Shown here piece after piece: positions 53,090 through 64,000 of a stretch of DNA of 64,000 nt. Each line of letters starts with the position of its first letter. The first letter of the stretch is position 1. The position numbers and the translations under genes were made by a program. Source of the DNA: Octopus sinensis (lineage: Eukaryota); contig NC_043004.1 in the NCBI RefSeq assembly GCF_006345805.1, positions 38,316,001 through 38,380,000 of the forward strand, read 5' to 3'. The notes under the pieces were generated by a model. It saw only the letters and a list, made by a program, of their open reading frames with translations. It was not told the origin of the DNA and searched no databases.

Positions 53090-54200
53090 TCGTATATGTT
53101 TTTCAGTTGAAACACTGAATCATTTTGGACATTTGTCATTTTAATAGCAAGTGTCTTGTAGCCCCACAAAGGTGGAATCGTGGCCTTCTACCCCCAACTA
53201 TAACGCATAATCATTCTCGTCCTGGAAGGCGATTGAGGTCTGGGATCTAGTAAATAGCTTCTGGTTGAATGTGGTCCCGGATCAATTCGCACATTGTGTT
53301 CTCCTCACTTCCAGGGGGCTTTTACTCCCCAAACTATGGCTGCTAGAATCCACTGCAAGATTCTGGGAGTATCCCAGCTATCTTTATGCGCACCAATCTC
53401 TTCCTGAAATAGGATCGATGGAGCACATATTTTTCACTCCGACACGGAACTACGGTGTGTTTGACAGCCAGAGCTTCAGATTTGAAGAGTACTGAAACGC
53501 CCGAAAACTCTTTTGCCCTAGAAATATGCAGAATGTCCGGTATTATTTCTTTCAGCACCACTTCTGCGTCCGCCTGGCTCACCATCTCTGGTCGTTTCGT
53601 ATTTGCGGGGACGCATCTATGGAGCACAGTTTTCCTCTTTGTTTCTTCTGAGATCTCGGTGAGAATAGAAATATCCGCTCGCGCTTTCTCAAGTCTTCTT
53701 AATTTAGCTGCCTCAGCTAGTCACATGTCTTTGTGAAACAGATCCATGCAAACAAATTTCTTGCTCATGGCTGCTGTTACAGAGAATTAATTTTTACCAT
53801 TTATTACGATGCTATTCGTTGTATTGGTGGCGGTAGTGGAATCGGTTGTTGTCGTAATACTGTTACTATCTGCTGACTTTAGTTTATTCGTTGTAGAGGT
53901 GATGGCTGCGGAGTTGGTTGCAGCTGCGGTGCTGCTATGAGCTGTCTTTTGTGTTGAAATATTCCATTGGATTGGAGGGAATTGTTGCTACTACTAATTT
54001 TGACTGACGACTTGACAATTTCTTGCGCATTAATTTGAACCCGGGGCACTACGGTATCTTGCACATCTCTATGTAAAGTACATCTCACCTCCTCTTCTCT
54101 GTCTCTCCACAAGCCTGGAGCATCACCATGCTTGTTTTTCGTTTTAATTTAGTTTTGAAAAAATCATTTTGAGATTACTGCCCCCAAAGGGCACAAACAA
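53090..54200 (-). mobile_element. Decayed gag/ORF1-like region of a non-LTR element
   Basis: Interrupted minus-strand reading includes a Q/P-rich N-terminus, VSVLFKSEALAVKH..RLVRIKIAGI, and knuckle-like remnants near 53100-53160. The family could not be assigned. Confidence 0.35.
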
Positions 54201-54341
54201 TCTGAAACAACCAACCCATACGAGAGCGGTGATTTGGTTAAACATTTAGAAAGAAAATAAATAATGAACAACATTTGGAAACCAAAATTTAGAGCAAAAG
54301 CTTACGAGAGGACAAACAAGGGCATTCCGTCAGGACGAACG

Positions 54342-54372
<31 letters not shown>

Positions 54373-54744
54373 TAATAATAATAAATATATATATATATAT
54401 AAAAGATGGACTTTGTCTTGGTATAAAAGATGGGCTACAGCAAATATTCTGTTGAATACCACAGATTTGCTTGTCAGTTGTTTGACGTTATCCAGTTGAG
54501 CATGTCCCTTAGTGGCTGACGATATGTGTATCTCTGATCACGAACAGAAGTAGTAGGGGAGCATCATAGCTATGTGTTCAGAGGGATTCTTTGGGGTTTA
54601 AATAATTCACCTTTGGTAACAGGGGTGCCTCGTTCAACATCGTTAAACAATCCTTATTCAGGAACTTTTGAGCGGGATGGGCTACTCGACAAGAAGAAAA
54701 TTCTAACTGGGCCCCACCTGCAAGGTCATGTGCTGTTTATCATG

Positions 54745-54779
<35 letters not shown>

Positions 54780-55241
54780 GTTTTCTTCCATATGCACAGG
54801 GCCTGGAATTTTAGGGCAAGAGCCTAGTCGATTACATCGGTCCAAGTGTTTCACTGGTACTTAATTTATCAACACCAAAAAGAAACTTAACCCCCCACCA
54901 CCACCACCAATTTGAGGAATTGTGCTTCTAGTAGAATGATTATTATTATTTATAATTAATATTATTATATTATTATTATATTATTATTGAGTAGGAGAAC
55001 AGTACTTGCCATCAAAGTAACACTGGGGTAAAATATACGAAGCCCAGTATACACATCATGACTACCGTCTGATTAGGGTTCACAAGGCACATGCACCACA
55101 ACCATATCATATGTCGCGCACATATGGTTGTGGTGCATGTGCCTTGTGAACCCTAATCAGACGGGTAGTCATGATGTGTATACTGGGCTTCGTATATTTT
55201 ACCCCAGTGTTACTTTGATGGCAAGTACTGTTCTCCTACTC

Positions 55242-55272
<31 letters not shown>

Positions 55273-55452
55273 TTAATTATAATAATAATAATCATTTCTA
55301 CTAGAAGCACAATTCCTCAAATTGGTGGTGGTGGTGGGGGGTTAAGTTTCTTTTTGGTGTTGATAAATTAAGTACCAGTGAAACACTTGGACCGATGTAA
55401 TCGACTAGGCTCTTGCCCTAAAATTCCAGGCCCTGTGCATATGGAAGAAAAC

Positions 55453-55490
<38 letters not shown>
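54745..55490. repeat. Near-perfect palindrome of about 750 bp
   Basis: Arms 54777-55107 and 55122-55455 are reverse complements apart from a few 1-nt or microsatellite indels. The spacer is 14 nt, and flanking (TAA)n and (TTA)n extend the symmetry. Confidence 0.9.
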
Positions 55491-55537
<47 letters not shown>

Positions 55538-55811
55538 GAAAACTCACAGCTTATTTTTCTGGGTATGACGGAGCAGATTAGTGGATTACATAGGTCCCAG
55601 TGTTTCACTGGTACTTAATTTATCGACACCGAAAAGATGAAAAGTTAAGTCGACCTCGGCGGAATGAGAATTCAGAACGTTGCGACGGGTAAGATAAGGC
55701 TAAGGATTTCGGCCAGCGTGCTAACAACTCTGGCAGATCACTGCCTTGATAATGTTAACAGCAACAACAGCAACAACAGCAGCAACAACAACAACAACAA
55801 TAACAACAATG

Positions 55812-55859
<48 letters not shown>

Positions 55860-55914
55860 TAATATAATAATAATGATTATTATTATTATTATTATTGTTA
55901 TTATTATTATTATT

Positions 55915-57065
55915 AGAGGACTGGTGGCTATAGATGAAGAGGAATGACAGAAGCACTCATATGTGCAGCCTAGAAACAAGCGTTAAGGACCAATAATGTG
56001 AAGTGTAGAATAGACAACACTACTAATAGCGACAAGAGCAGAATGTTTGGTGAGAGGGGCGAAACGGTATGGTACATCGTTAGCGAATATCCGAAACTGA
56101 CACAAAGGGAATACAAAAAACAGCAGGACAATGTTGCAAGAATAATCCATTGGGAGCACTGTGGAAATCTCCGCCTACAAAGTGCCAAAATGTGATATGA
56201 GGGAACTGCAGAAGGAATGATCAAAAATTTAAATTGCCAAGTCCTGTGTGAAGCAATGATTCAATGCGATCACCTGAGCAGACACAGGAAACCGGACATT
56301 CTTGTGGTGAATAAAAAAGAGAGAATATGTATGATGATCGACATAGCATGCCGCGGTGACAACACAATCAATGTGAAAGGAGAAGAAATATATAACTATG
56401 ACGGTTTGAAGTGGGAAATATGAAGGACTAGCAGTATCGCCCGGCGTTGCTCGGGTTTGTAAGGGAAATAACTTTAAAGCATGTTTAGAGAGTTATAACA
56501 AAAAAAATAGCAAAAAAATGGAAAAAAAATTATGGTAAATTTTTTTTGAGAGTTAAAAAGGTCGAGTTGCGTCCCCTAGACAGTCTGTGGTTTGTGTTTC
56601 TGATTCTCGATCCCATATCGAATTCATCGATTTTTTTCAGAACTGGGGGAACTTTTCAAAATTTTCGCTGCGTTAGTTTTGAATTATGACATTGGGCTAT
56701 GTGTGTGTCAAGTTTCATCAGAATCGGTTGAAAGCCGTGGTCAGAGTGAGGGTACAACCTAACAGACACACAGACACGCAGACAGACAAACTGCCGTTTA
56801 TATAGAGAGAGATGTGGTCAGTAATACCAATAGTAATTGGTGTACTAGGAAGTATCAGCACTCACAACAACCAGCATGACTGGAGAAGATCGGTGCAAGT
56901 GTTAAGATAAAACATCTAGAAAAACCAGCATTGCTTGGAACTGCGAGAATTTTTCGTAGAGTTCTTGAATCATGAACAGTAAACAAGTGTTACCTAAGTC
57001 TGCTAGCTATGGACAGCTGACATTTTCCATCATACCCAGCGAAATAAGCTGTGAGTTTTCATATA
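55915..57065 (+). mobile_element. R4/Dong-clade LINE 3' fragment (second family), interrupted by a non-autonomous element
   Basis: It reads ALICAA..QALRTNNVKCRID..QDNVARIIHW..RKPDILVV..IDIAC, and after the insertion VIPIVIGVLG..LLGTARIFRRVL. It is bounded by (TTA)n and (TAA)n. Confidence 0.8.
56427..56813 (+). mobile_element. Helentron/DINE-1-like non-autonomous element (HINE-like)
   Basis: It starts ACTAGC..CCCGGCGTTGCTCGGG (subterminal hairpin) and ends (GACA)n...TTTATATAGAGAGAGAT. It interrupts the Dong reading with no obvious TSD. Related pieces lie at 62943-63420. Confidence 0.6.
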
Positions 57066-57289
57066 ATAATAATAACGCTTTCTTCCATAGGCACAGGGCC
57101 TGGAATTTGAGGGCAGGGGACTAGTCAATTACATCGGCCGCAGTGAATCAATAGTACTTAATTTATCGAGACCGATAAGATGAAAGGCAAAGTCGACATC
57201 GGCGGAATGGGAACTCAGAACATTGCGACGGGTGAAATATGGCTAAGCATTTCGCCCAGCATGCTAAGAATTCTGCCAGATCACCGCCT

Positions 57290-57349
<60 letters not shown>

Positions 57350-57352
<3 letters not shown>

Positions 57353-58045
57353 AAAACATAGAATAGAAAACACAGCAGAAAGTGATAAGTGGAGAATCTG
57401 TGGACAAAAACGGTGAAATCGTATGGCATATTACTAGACAATGTACGCCACTAGCTCAGAAGGAATATAAGAGACGCCACGACAATATAGTCAGGCTTGT
57501 CCATTGGACACTTTGCAACAAGTATGGACTTGACAGAGCAAAAAATTAGTACGACCACAAACCTGAAGGCACCGTTGAAAATAGAAATGCAAAGATCCTA
57601 TGGGATTTTATGATTCAGTGTGACCATGAGATAGGGAATAGGAAGCCGGACATGGTCTTAATTGAGAAAGAAAACAAACTATGCTGGATCATAGATATAG
57701 CATGCCCAGCTGACAACAAGGTATGCGATAAGGAAGAAAGAAAAGCCGAGGGACATGACAGGTTAGCTTGGGAGGTAAAGCAGTTGTGGCCGATGAAAAA
57801 GGTAGCGGTAGTATGAATAATTGTCGGAGCCCTGGGAACTGTGAGCAAAAATCTCGAGACGTACGTGGAACAAATAGGGGCTGCAATAAGGGTACATCAG
57901 TTGCAGAAAACAGCACTGCTTGGAACCGCTCGAATACTCTGGAAGGTGATCGAAAAATAAGAGGAGCTACCTTAGTTCACTGGTAGTGAACAGCTGATAC
58001 TAGTACACCTCCAGCATTAGAAGCTGTGCAAAGGCAATGGTAACA
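57350..58045 (+). mobile_element. R4/Dong-clade LINE 3' fragment, same family as 15480-18460
   Basis: High identity to about 17780-18460 (LCWIIDIACPADNKVCDKEERKAE, WEVKQLWPMKKVAVV). It is preceded by (TAG)n. Confidence 0.9.
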
Positions 58046-59329
58046 ACACCACCACCACCAACAACAACACACCAACAAAACAGCACAACACAACAACACC
58101 ACCACCACACCCACCACCACACCACCACAACACAACAACAACACCAACACAACACCAACACACCAACAACAACAACAACAACACAGCAGCAACAACAACA
58201 ACACACCACCACCACCAACAACACACAACACAACACCACAACAAACCAACAACAACAACAATAACACTAACACAACACAACACAACAACAACAACAACAA
58301 CACCACACCACACCACAACAACAACAACAACACCACAGCAACAACAACAGCAACAACAACAGCAACACCACAAACAAACAACAAAACACAACAACAACAA
58401 CACCAACAACAACACAGAGCAGCAACAACAACACCAACAACACACCACACCAACACACCAACAACAACACAACAACACCAACAACACCACCACCCCCACC
58501 AACAACAACACAACAACAACAACAACAACACCAACAACACACCAACAACAACACCACAACACCAACAACAACACCACAACACAACAATAACACTAACAAC
58601 ACAACACAACAACAACAACAACAACAACACCAAACAACAACACCAACAACAACAACAACACACAGCACAAAAACAAGCAACACCAACAACAACACAAAAC
58701 ACCACAACAACAACACCACACAACAACCAGCAGCAACAACAACACCAACAACAACACCACAACAATACCAACACACACAACAACCACACACACACAACAA
58801 CAACAACACACCACCACCACCACCAACAACAACAACACCAACAACACACACCAACAACACAACACACAACAACAAAACACCAACCAACACCAACACAACA
58901 ACACCAACACAACACACCACACAACAACAACACCAACACCACCACCACCACAACAAAAAACAACACAACACAGCACAACAACACAACACAAAACAGCACA
59001 AAACAAAACAACACCACAACAAAACCAAACACCAACAACAACACCAACAACAACACCAACAACAACAACAACACAACAACAACACCACAACAACACAACA
59101 ACACCAACAACAACAACACCACCAACAACACAACAACACCACCAACAACAACAACAACAACACTACCACCAACAACAACACAACAACACCACCAACAACA
59201 ACAACAACAACACTACCACCAACAACAACACAACAACAACACCACCACCACCAACAACAACAACAACACCACCAACAACACCACCAACAACAACAACACA
59301 ACAACAACACCACCACCAACAACAACAAC

Positions 59330-59361
<32 letters not shown>

Positions 59362-59385
59362 AATAATAATAATAATAATAATAAA
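58045..59385. repeat. Irregular A/C-only low-complexity tract grading into (AAT)n
   Basis: About 1.3 kb almost free of G and T on the + strand. Confidence 0.9.
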
Positions 59386-59389
59386 AATG

Positions 59390-60090
59390 AACATAATCTA
59401 CCAGAATGCCAAAGACCAACATAAATGCACACTGGGACAACTTGAAATCCCCATTTCATCCAAGAACCCGAGGGGCCGATCACTAACGCAAATACAGGTG
59501 TACGTCCTCATAAATGAAACATCTCCCGTACTAAATAGGAGACACGTAGATGTTAGTGATACCTCAATAGAAACAGTATATACATATACACGTAGATTTG
59601 TTAGTAGGTTGTTATCTATTTAGTAGATATGTATTTAGTATATGTTCGTTTGTTTATTTACTACACGTGTTTTTAATTATATATATAATTAGGTCATATT
59701 TTCGGTTTGTTGTTTTTCATTTATACAGAATATATATGTGTATATACATATACAGAAATATATATATAATATTATATATATATATATATATAATATTATA
59801 TATAATTATATATGGGTAGTAGTAAATGGATATGTAGGTAAACAGACAGGTAAGTAAATAGATAGGTACATAGGTAATACGGACAGATAAGCACACTCAC
59901 ACACAGACTACACAATGCACATGTAAATGCCAAACACCCAGAAACACATATGTAGAATCGATACATACAAACGTACACACACGCATACCCTCCTTCCCTT
60001 CTTTCCTGAGCGTCAAATAATACTTTAATTGTTCCACGTCCTCGCGTTGCTGTGTTTTTTTTCCGTGTTTTCTTGTTTGATTAACTTTAT
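59390..60090 (+). mobile_element. Penelope-like 3' remnant and pseudo-LTR-type repeat
   Basis: NETSPVLNR resembles PLE C-termini. 59995-60080 (cttcctgagcgtcaaataa...) is related to the minus-strand repeat at 9580-9660 that carries the hammerhead. Confidence 0.4.
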
Positions 60091-60449
60091 ATATATATAT
60101 ATAATATATATATATTATATATATATATATATATTATATATCATACATACATACGTACATACTACATACTTGCGTATATACATATGTGTATATAAATGCA
60201 CACTAACGCACACACATGTGCACAAACAAACAAACAAAAGAAAAGCAGCTCCGATAATGTGTAAGTCAACAGGTATTGGAGAGTTTCCAAGAAGCAATGA
60301 ACATTTTAGAAAATAGATAAATGAATAAATGAATGAGTGGAAGTCGAACTCGTGAGTGTGTTAAGTAATAAAGCATTAAAACAGAATGACTCTCCTCAGA
60401 CACAACAAAATGTGCTTCAACACACGAATTCACAGTACTTGAGACGTAT

Positions 60450-60572
60450 TTGAATTACTGATCCCGAAAGAATGAAAGGCAAAGTCGACCTCGGCGGAAT
60501 TTGAACTCAGAACGCAGCGGTAAACGAAATACCGTTAAGCATTTCGCCCGGCGTGCTAACGTTTCTGCCAGC
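60450..60572 (-). mobile_element. SINE family 1
   Basis: gaaagaatgaaaggcaaagtcgacctcggcggaatttgaactcagaacg...gctaacgtttctgccagct. Confidence 0.8.
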
Positions 60573-60844
60573 TTAATAATAATAATAATCTTTTCTTCTA
60601 AAGGCACAAGACCTGAAAATTTGATTGAGGAGACGAGTTGATTACATCGACCGCATTGTTTCACTGCTACATAATTTATCGAACCCGAAAAGACGAAAGG
60701 CAAATTCGATATCGGCAAATGCTGAATTCAGAATGGAGCAAAAAAGCGAAATACTGCAAATAATAAAAATAATGCTAATAATAGCGTAAATAATGAAAAT
60801 AACATTTCGATTGCATCAAAATTTATCTTCACACCATTTTACTT

Positions 60845-61076
60845 TTAAATTATTTCAATCTATCTTTAATTGCATTGCTTAATGAACGCATCCTTTGTTT
60901 CTCTATTTGCCCACTGCGAAATATTCTCACACACTAAATTCAGGAACAAGATATGAAGATAATAGCGTGAGAAATTTAGGTTGCATAGTGCAAGTTTTAA
61001 TTTTGAGAACAATATATAAATGTTTTACGATTTTTATCAAAGTGAATCTGGAATAGAGAAGAGAAGAGGGAACATC
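60845..61076 (+). promoter_or_regulatory. Promoter and 5' UTR of galaxin-like gene D, TATA box at 61013-61020
   Basis: Collinear homolog of 19861-20092 with TATATAAA at the same relative position. Confidence 0.7.
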
Positions 61077-61230
61077 ATGTCTAAAATTTTAATCACCATT
61101 GCAACTGCTCTGCTTGCAGTCATTGGATCAACAACCGCCTACAGTTATCCACCATATTATGGTCCACCAGCAGCTCACTATCCTCCACCAACAACTCACT
61201 ATTCTCCACCATATTTTCGTCAATCAACTT
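61077..61230 (+). CDS. Galaxin-like gene D, exon 1 (signal peptide and Tyr/Pro/His repeats), exon 2 presumed beyond the window
   Basis: MSKILITIATALLAVIGSTTA/YSYPPYYGPPAAHYPPPTTHYSPPYFRQST spans 154 nt and is followed by GTAAGT at 61231 (phase 1). The downstream intron is collinear with that of gene B. Confidence 0.75.
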
Positions 61231-61717
61231 GTAAGTCGTTTTTACAATTCTACATGTAGCTTTTTTTCATTCTGCAACTGCATATAACAAAAAATGTTAG
61301 GTCTTATACATTTTCAAAGTTGCTAGTATATCACGAATGAAGATCAATATGCTTCTATCGAACGTAAAGTGAATTATAAATACTTATAGGCATTGTTTAT
61401 ATAGATTAATAAAAAGTAAAATTCAAACCATAGATACCGCTATTTCACTTTGAATATCACATTAGTATCATTTGACAAATATGGTAAGAGGAATACATTT
61501 TTCGCTCCTTAATTTCGCTGGCGTTTTTCTTATGCGTGCGATAAATTTATAGTTACTGTTGTTTGCGTTGAGAAAGTTAGTGTGTACAGTTGGGTGATAA
61601 TGCGGATTAACTGTTTAGTGTCAGCTATTTGCGTATATGCGTACCTTCAAAAGTTATGTTAGTTCACTCAATATAAATGTATATTAGTCTAATAAATTAA
61701 GAAAGTAGAATATTTTG

Positions 61718-61801
<84 letters not shown>

Positions 61802-62942
61802 ATCTTATACTAACCTCAAAGTTTGTCTGCTTTCCTGCTCTTTGATTACGATGACAAAGGTTACAAATAAAATAGTCATTTCCTCCTTTAAGAAAAGGAG
61901 GAAATGATTTTTGAGGAAATAATATGGCGTAATGATGAATGGTTTATAAAGACGATATGGATAAAAGGAAGAGAGGATTTTATTGAGTCTTGAATGCTTG
62001 ACAGAAAATCCAACCTAAATCACTTTTAAACAGAAAACGTTGAACATTGTAATCGCACTAACAACAATTGCAACAATTAAACAGCAAAGTATTCTACGGG
62101 CACAAATTATAGATACACATATTTTTAGATACATATATTGCCTCCTATAGTTATAGAAATTTGTAGAGTCGAGAAACGCATTAGGTTTTTAGGTTATTTA
62201 TCATACGTGTAGATTAACACCCACTAGATTTAAATTTGCTTTTCAACTATGTAAAGGCAATGGAATGTCAGTTGTTGTTTATCTCATTGTAATGCAAGAT
62301 GGTGGGGCATTTCAGTAGTGGCTGTTCGTCATTTTCTTATATTTAAGTCTACAGTCTCCAATAAATTATATTTAATAAAAGCGAAATCATTTGAAAGAGT
62401 TTACTGATATTTTTGTAGGTAGAATGACTAAAAAGAAAATGCTCTCGCTTTGCTTAGTAATGTATAAATTTTGTTTAAAGTGATGATAAAATCTCCACTA
62501 TAAATACGAGAAATTAATGTTAATACAATAATTTAGGCACAATATGGTAGAAGCTTAATTTATATAAAGTGATATGCAATGAAACATTTTGAAGGTAAGA
62601 TAAAGCGCATGATTGAAGTCTGGTCAGAGAAAAAGCGAATCTCCATAACATCGTATCCCGGAAATGCCAGTTAAGTTCCGAGCAATCGCTGTCGACCTCG
62701 CTGTTGACGAAAAAGAGGATCATAAATATATTCTCAGAGAGACTACCCGAATGCATCCATGCAATTAAGCACACTTTCACACAGTATGATAAAAACAAAA
62801 ACCTAACCGATGCAGACTAAACACTAAAAATATATACTCCGACCTTTTGAATCCACCGCCCCAACCTCATCGAGTGACAACTTCATTTACAATAGACCTG
62901 AAACCTATACATCGGAAGAACCGAATGAGAATAATAGAACGT

Positions 62943-63067
62943 ACTAGCAGTATAACCCGGCTTTCCCTTGGATTAAGTTAGGATTATTAAGCTAATCAAA
63001 TTATTTATTTCAAACCAAACTAAGTAACATCGGCGTCAAATTTGGGCGAAATCCGTTGAAATTTGTT

Positions 63068-63100
<33 letters not shown>

Positions 63101-63420
63101 TTATATATATATGTATATATATTATAAAATCCGTTCTGTCTGTGTGTGTGTCTTCTAGGATCTGGGGCATCCTTCATCCGATTGCGCTCAAATTTGACAT
63201 GTAGATACCGACGGTATCAGGGCGTGTATAAGTCTTGAAAAATTACAAAAATCAATTCCAAGTGAGAATGCGATCGATACTACGCATAGCGAGAAAATGG
63301 ACGTGCAGTTTGCGCAAAAACAAGCCGGCTGGCTTGAAATAATGCCACAAAATGGGACAGTCGGACAAGGTATTTCGAGAAAATTTGGTTTAAATGTTTG
63401 ACAACTCAGCACCGTCCAAT
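62943..63420. mobile_element. HINE/DINE-like non-autonomous fragments
   Basis: An actagcagtataacccggc start like 56427, and a second piece with (TA)n-tctgtctgtgtg-ccgattgcgctcaaattt. Confidence 0.45.
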
Positions 63421-64000
63421 GGACGGGGGACGTTTTGATCGTATATATATGGGAAACAAAACACACATACACACACGTACGTACGTACACCTATTGCATA
63501 TGTTTTTTGTACGCATACATTTTCGTGTGTGGTGTGTGTGTGTGTTTATGTGTGTTTATGTGTGTGTGTGCTGCCTGTATATCAATAAAACATTTTTTCC
63601 TCGATGGAAAAAGAGACAAAAGTCTTAACAAAAAACTTACTCGTCGCTAGGAGGTAACTTAACTCCTGTTTGCAAACAAGGGAGATTTCTCCGACTTGAA
63701 AATTGTTAAAAGTTTTGGTTGAAATTTTATATTTACTGCTATTCGCTGGTGCCTATGGCAAAAATAAGTTGACGAAAATACAGCTAGGGTCAGGAGGAAT
63801 GTCCTAAAATTGGAGCGACGTGTGTGCTAATTTGTGGACGTGCATAAATTACATTTACGTACACACGCACACAGACACACACACACACAAACACACACTC
63901 ACACACACACACTCATACACACACACTCATACACACACACATACTGCCTTTCATATAGTTTATCCAAACATGAAAACACAAAGAGAAAACACAACAACGC

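Overview
This is AT-rich, microsatellite-dense animal genomic DNA, probably from an octopod cephalopod (inferred from the SINE families, the Dong/R4, CR1, RTE and Penelope mix, and the (TA)n/(TAA)n/(CA)n density). Most of the window is decayed retroelements, SINEs, MITEs and simple repeats, with a 100-N gap at 51308-51407. The only clear host content is a tandem cluster of small secreted galaxin-like (dicysteine-repeat) genes on the + strand, which the ORF track does not show as a unit. One gene can be rebuilt by hand from a conserved promoter with TATA box, a signal-peptide exon 1 (20093-20186), an 8,823-nt phase-1 GT-AG intron, and exon 2 (29010-29553). After correcting one missing base near 29270-29278 it encodes about 212 aa with nine CC motifs, a VPWW motif and a His-rich tail. 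A diverged exon-2 paralog lies inside that intron (23831-24249) and has its own phase-1-compatible acceptor. A 5'-truncated exon-2 copy is fused to a Dong-type LINE (13980-14323). A second promoter and exon 1 with expanded Tyr/Pro/His repeats (61077-61230) lacks a visible exon 2, which should lie beyond the window. Secondary observations are a minimal hammerhead ribozyme motif, a SINE/LINE shared 3' tail, TAA-associated Dong elements, a MITE with a 6-bp TSD inside a Gypsy LTR, and several near-identical duplications and palindromes that may be assembly artefacts. All alignments and translations were done by eye, and no database search was run.
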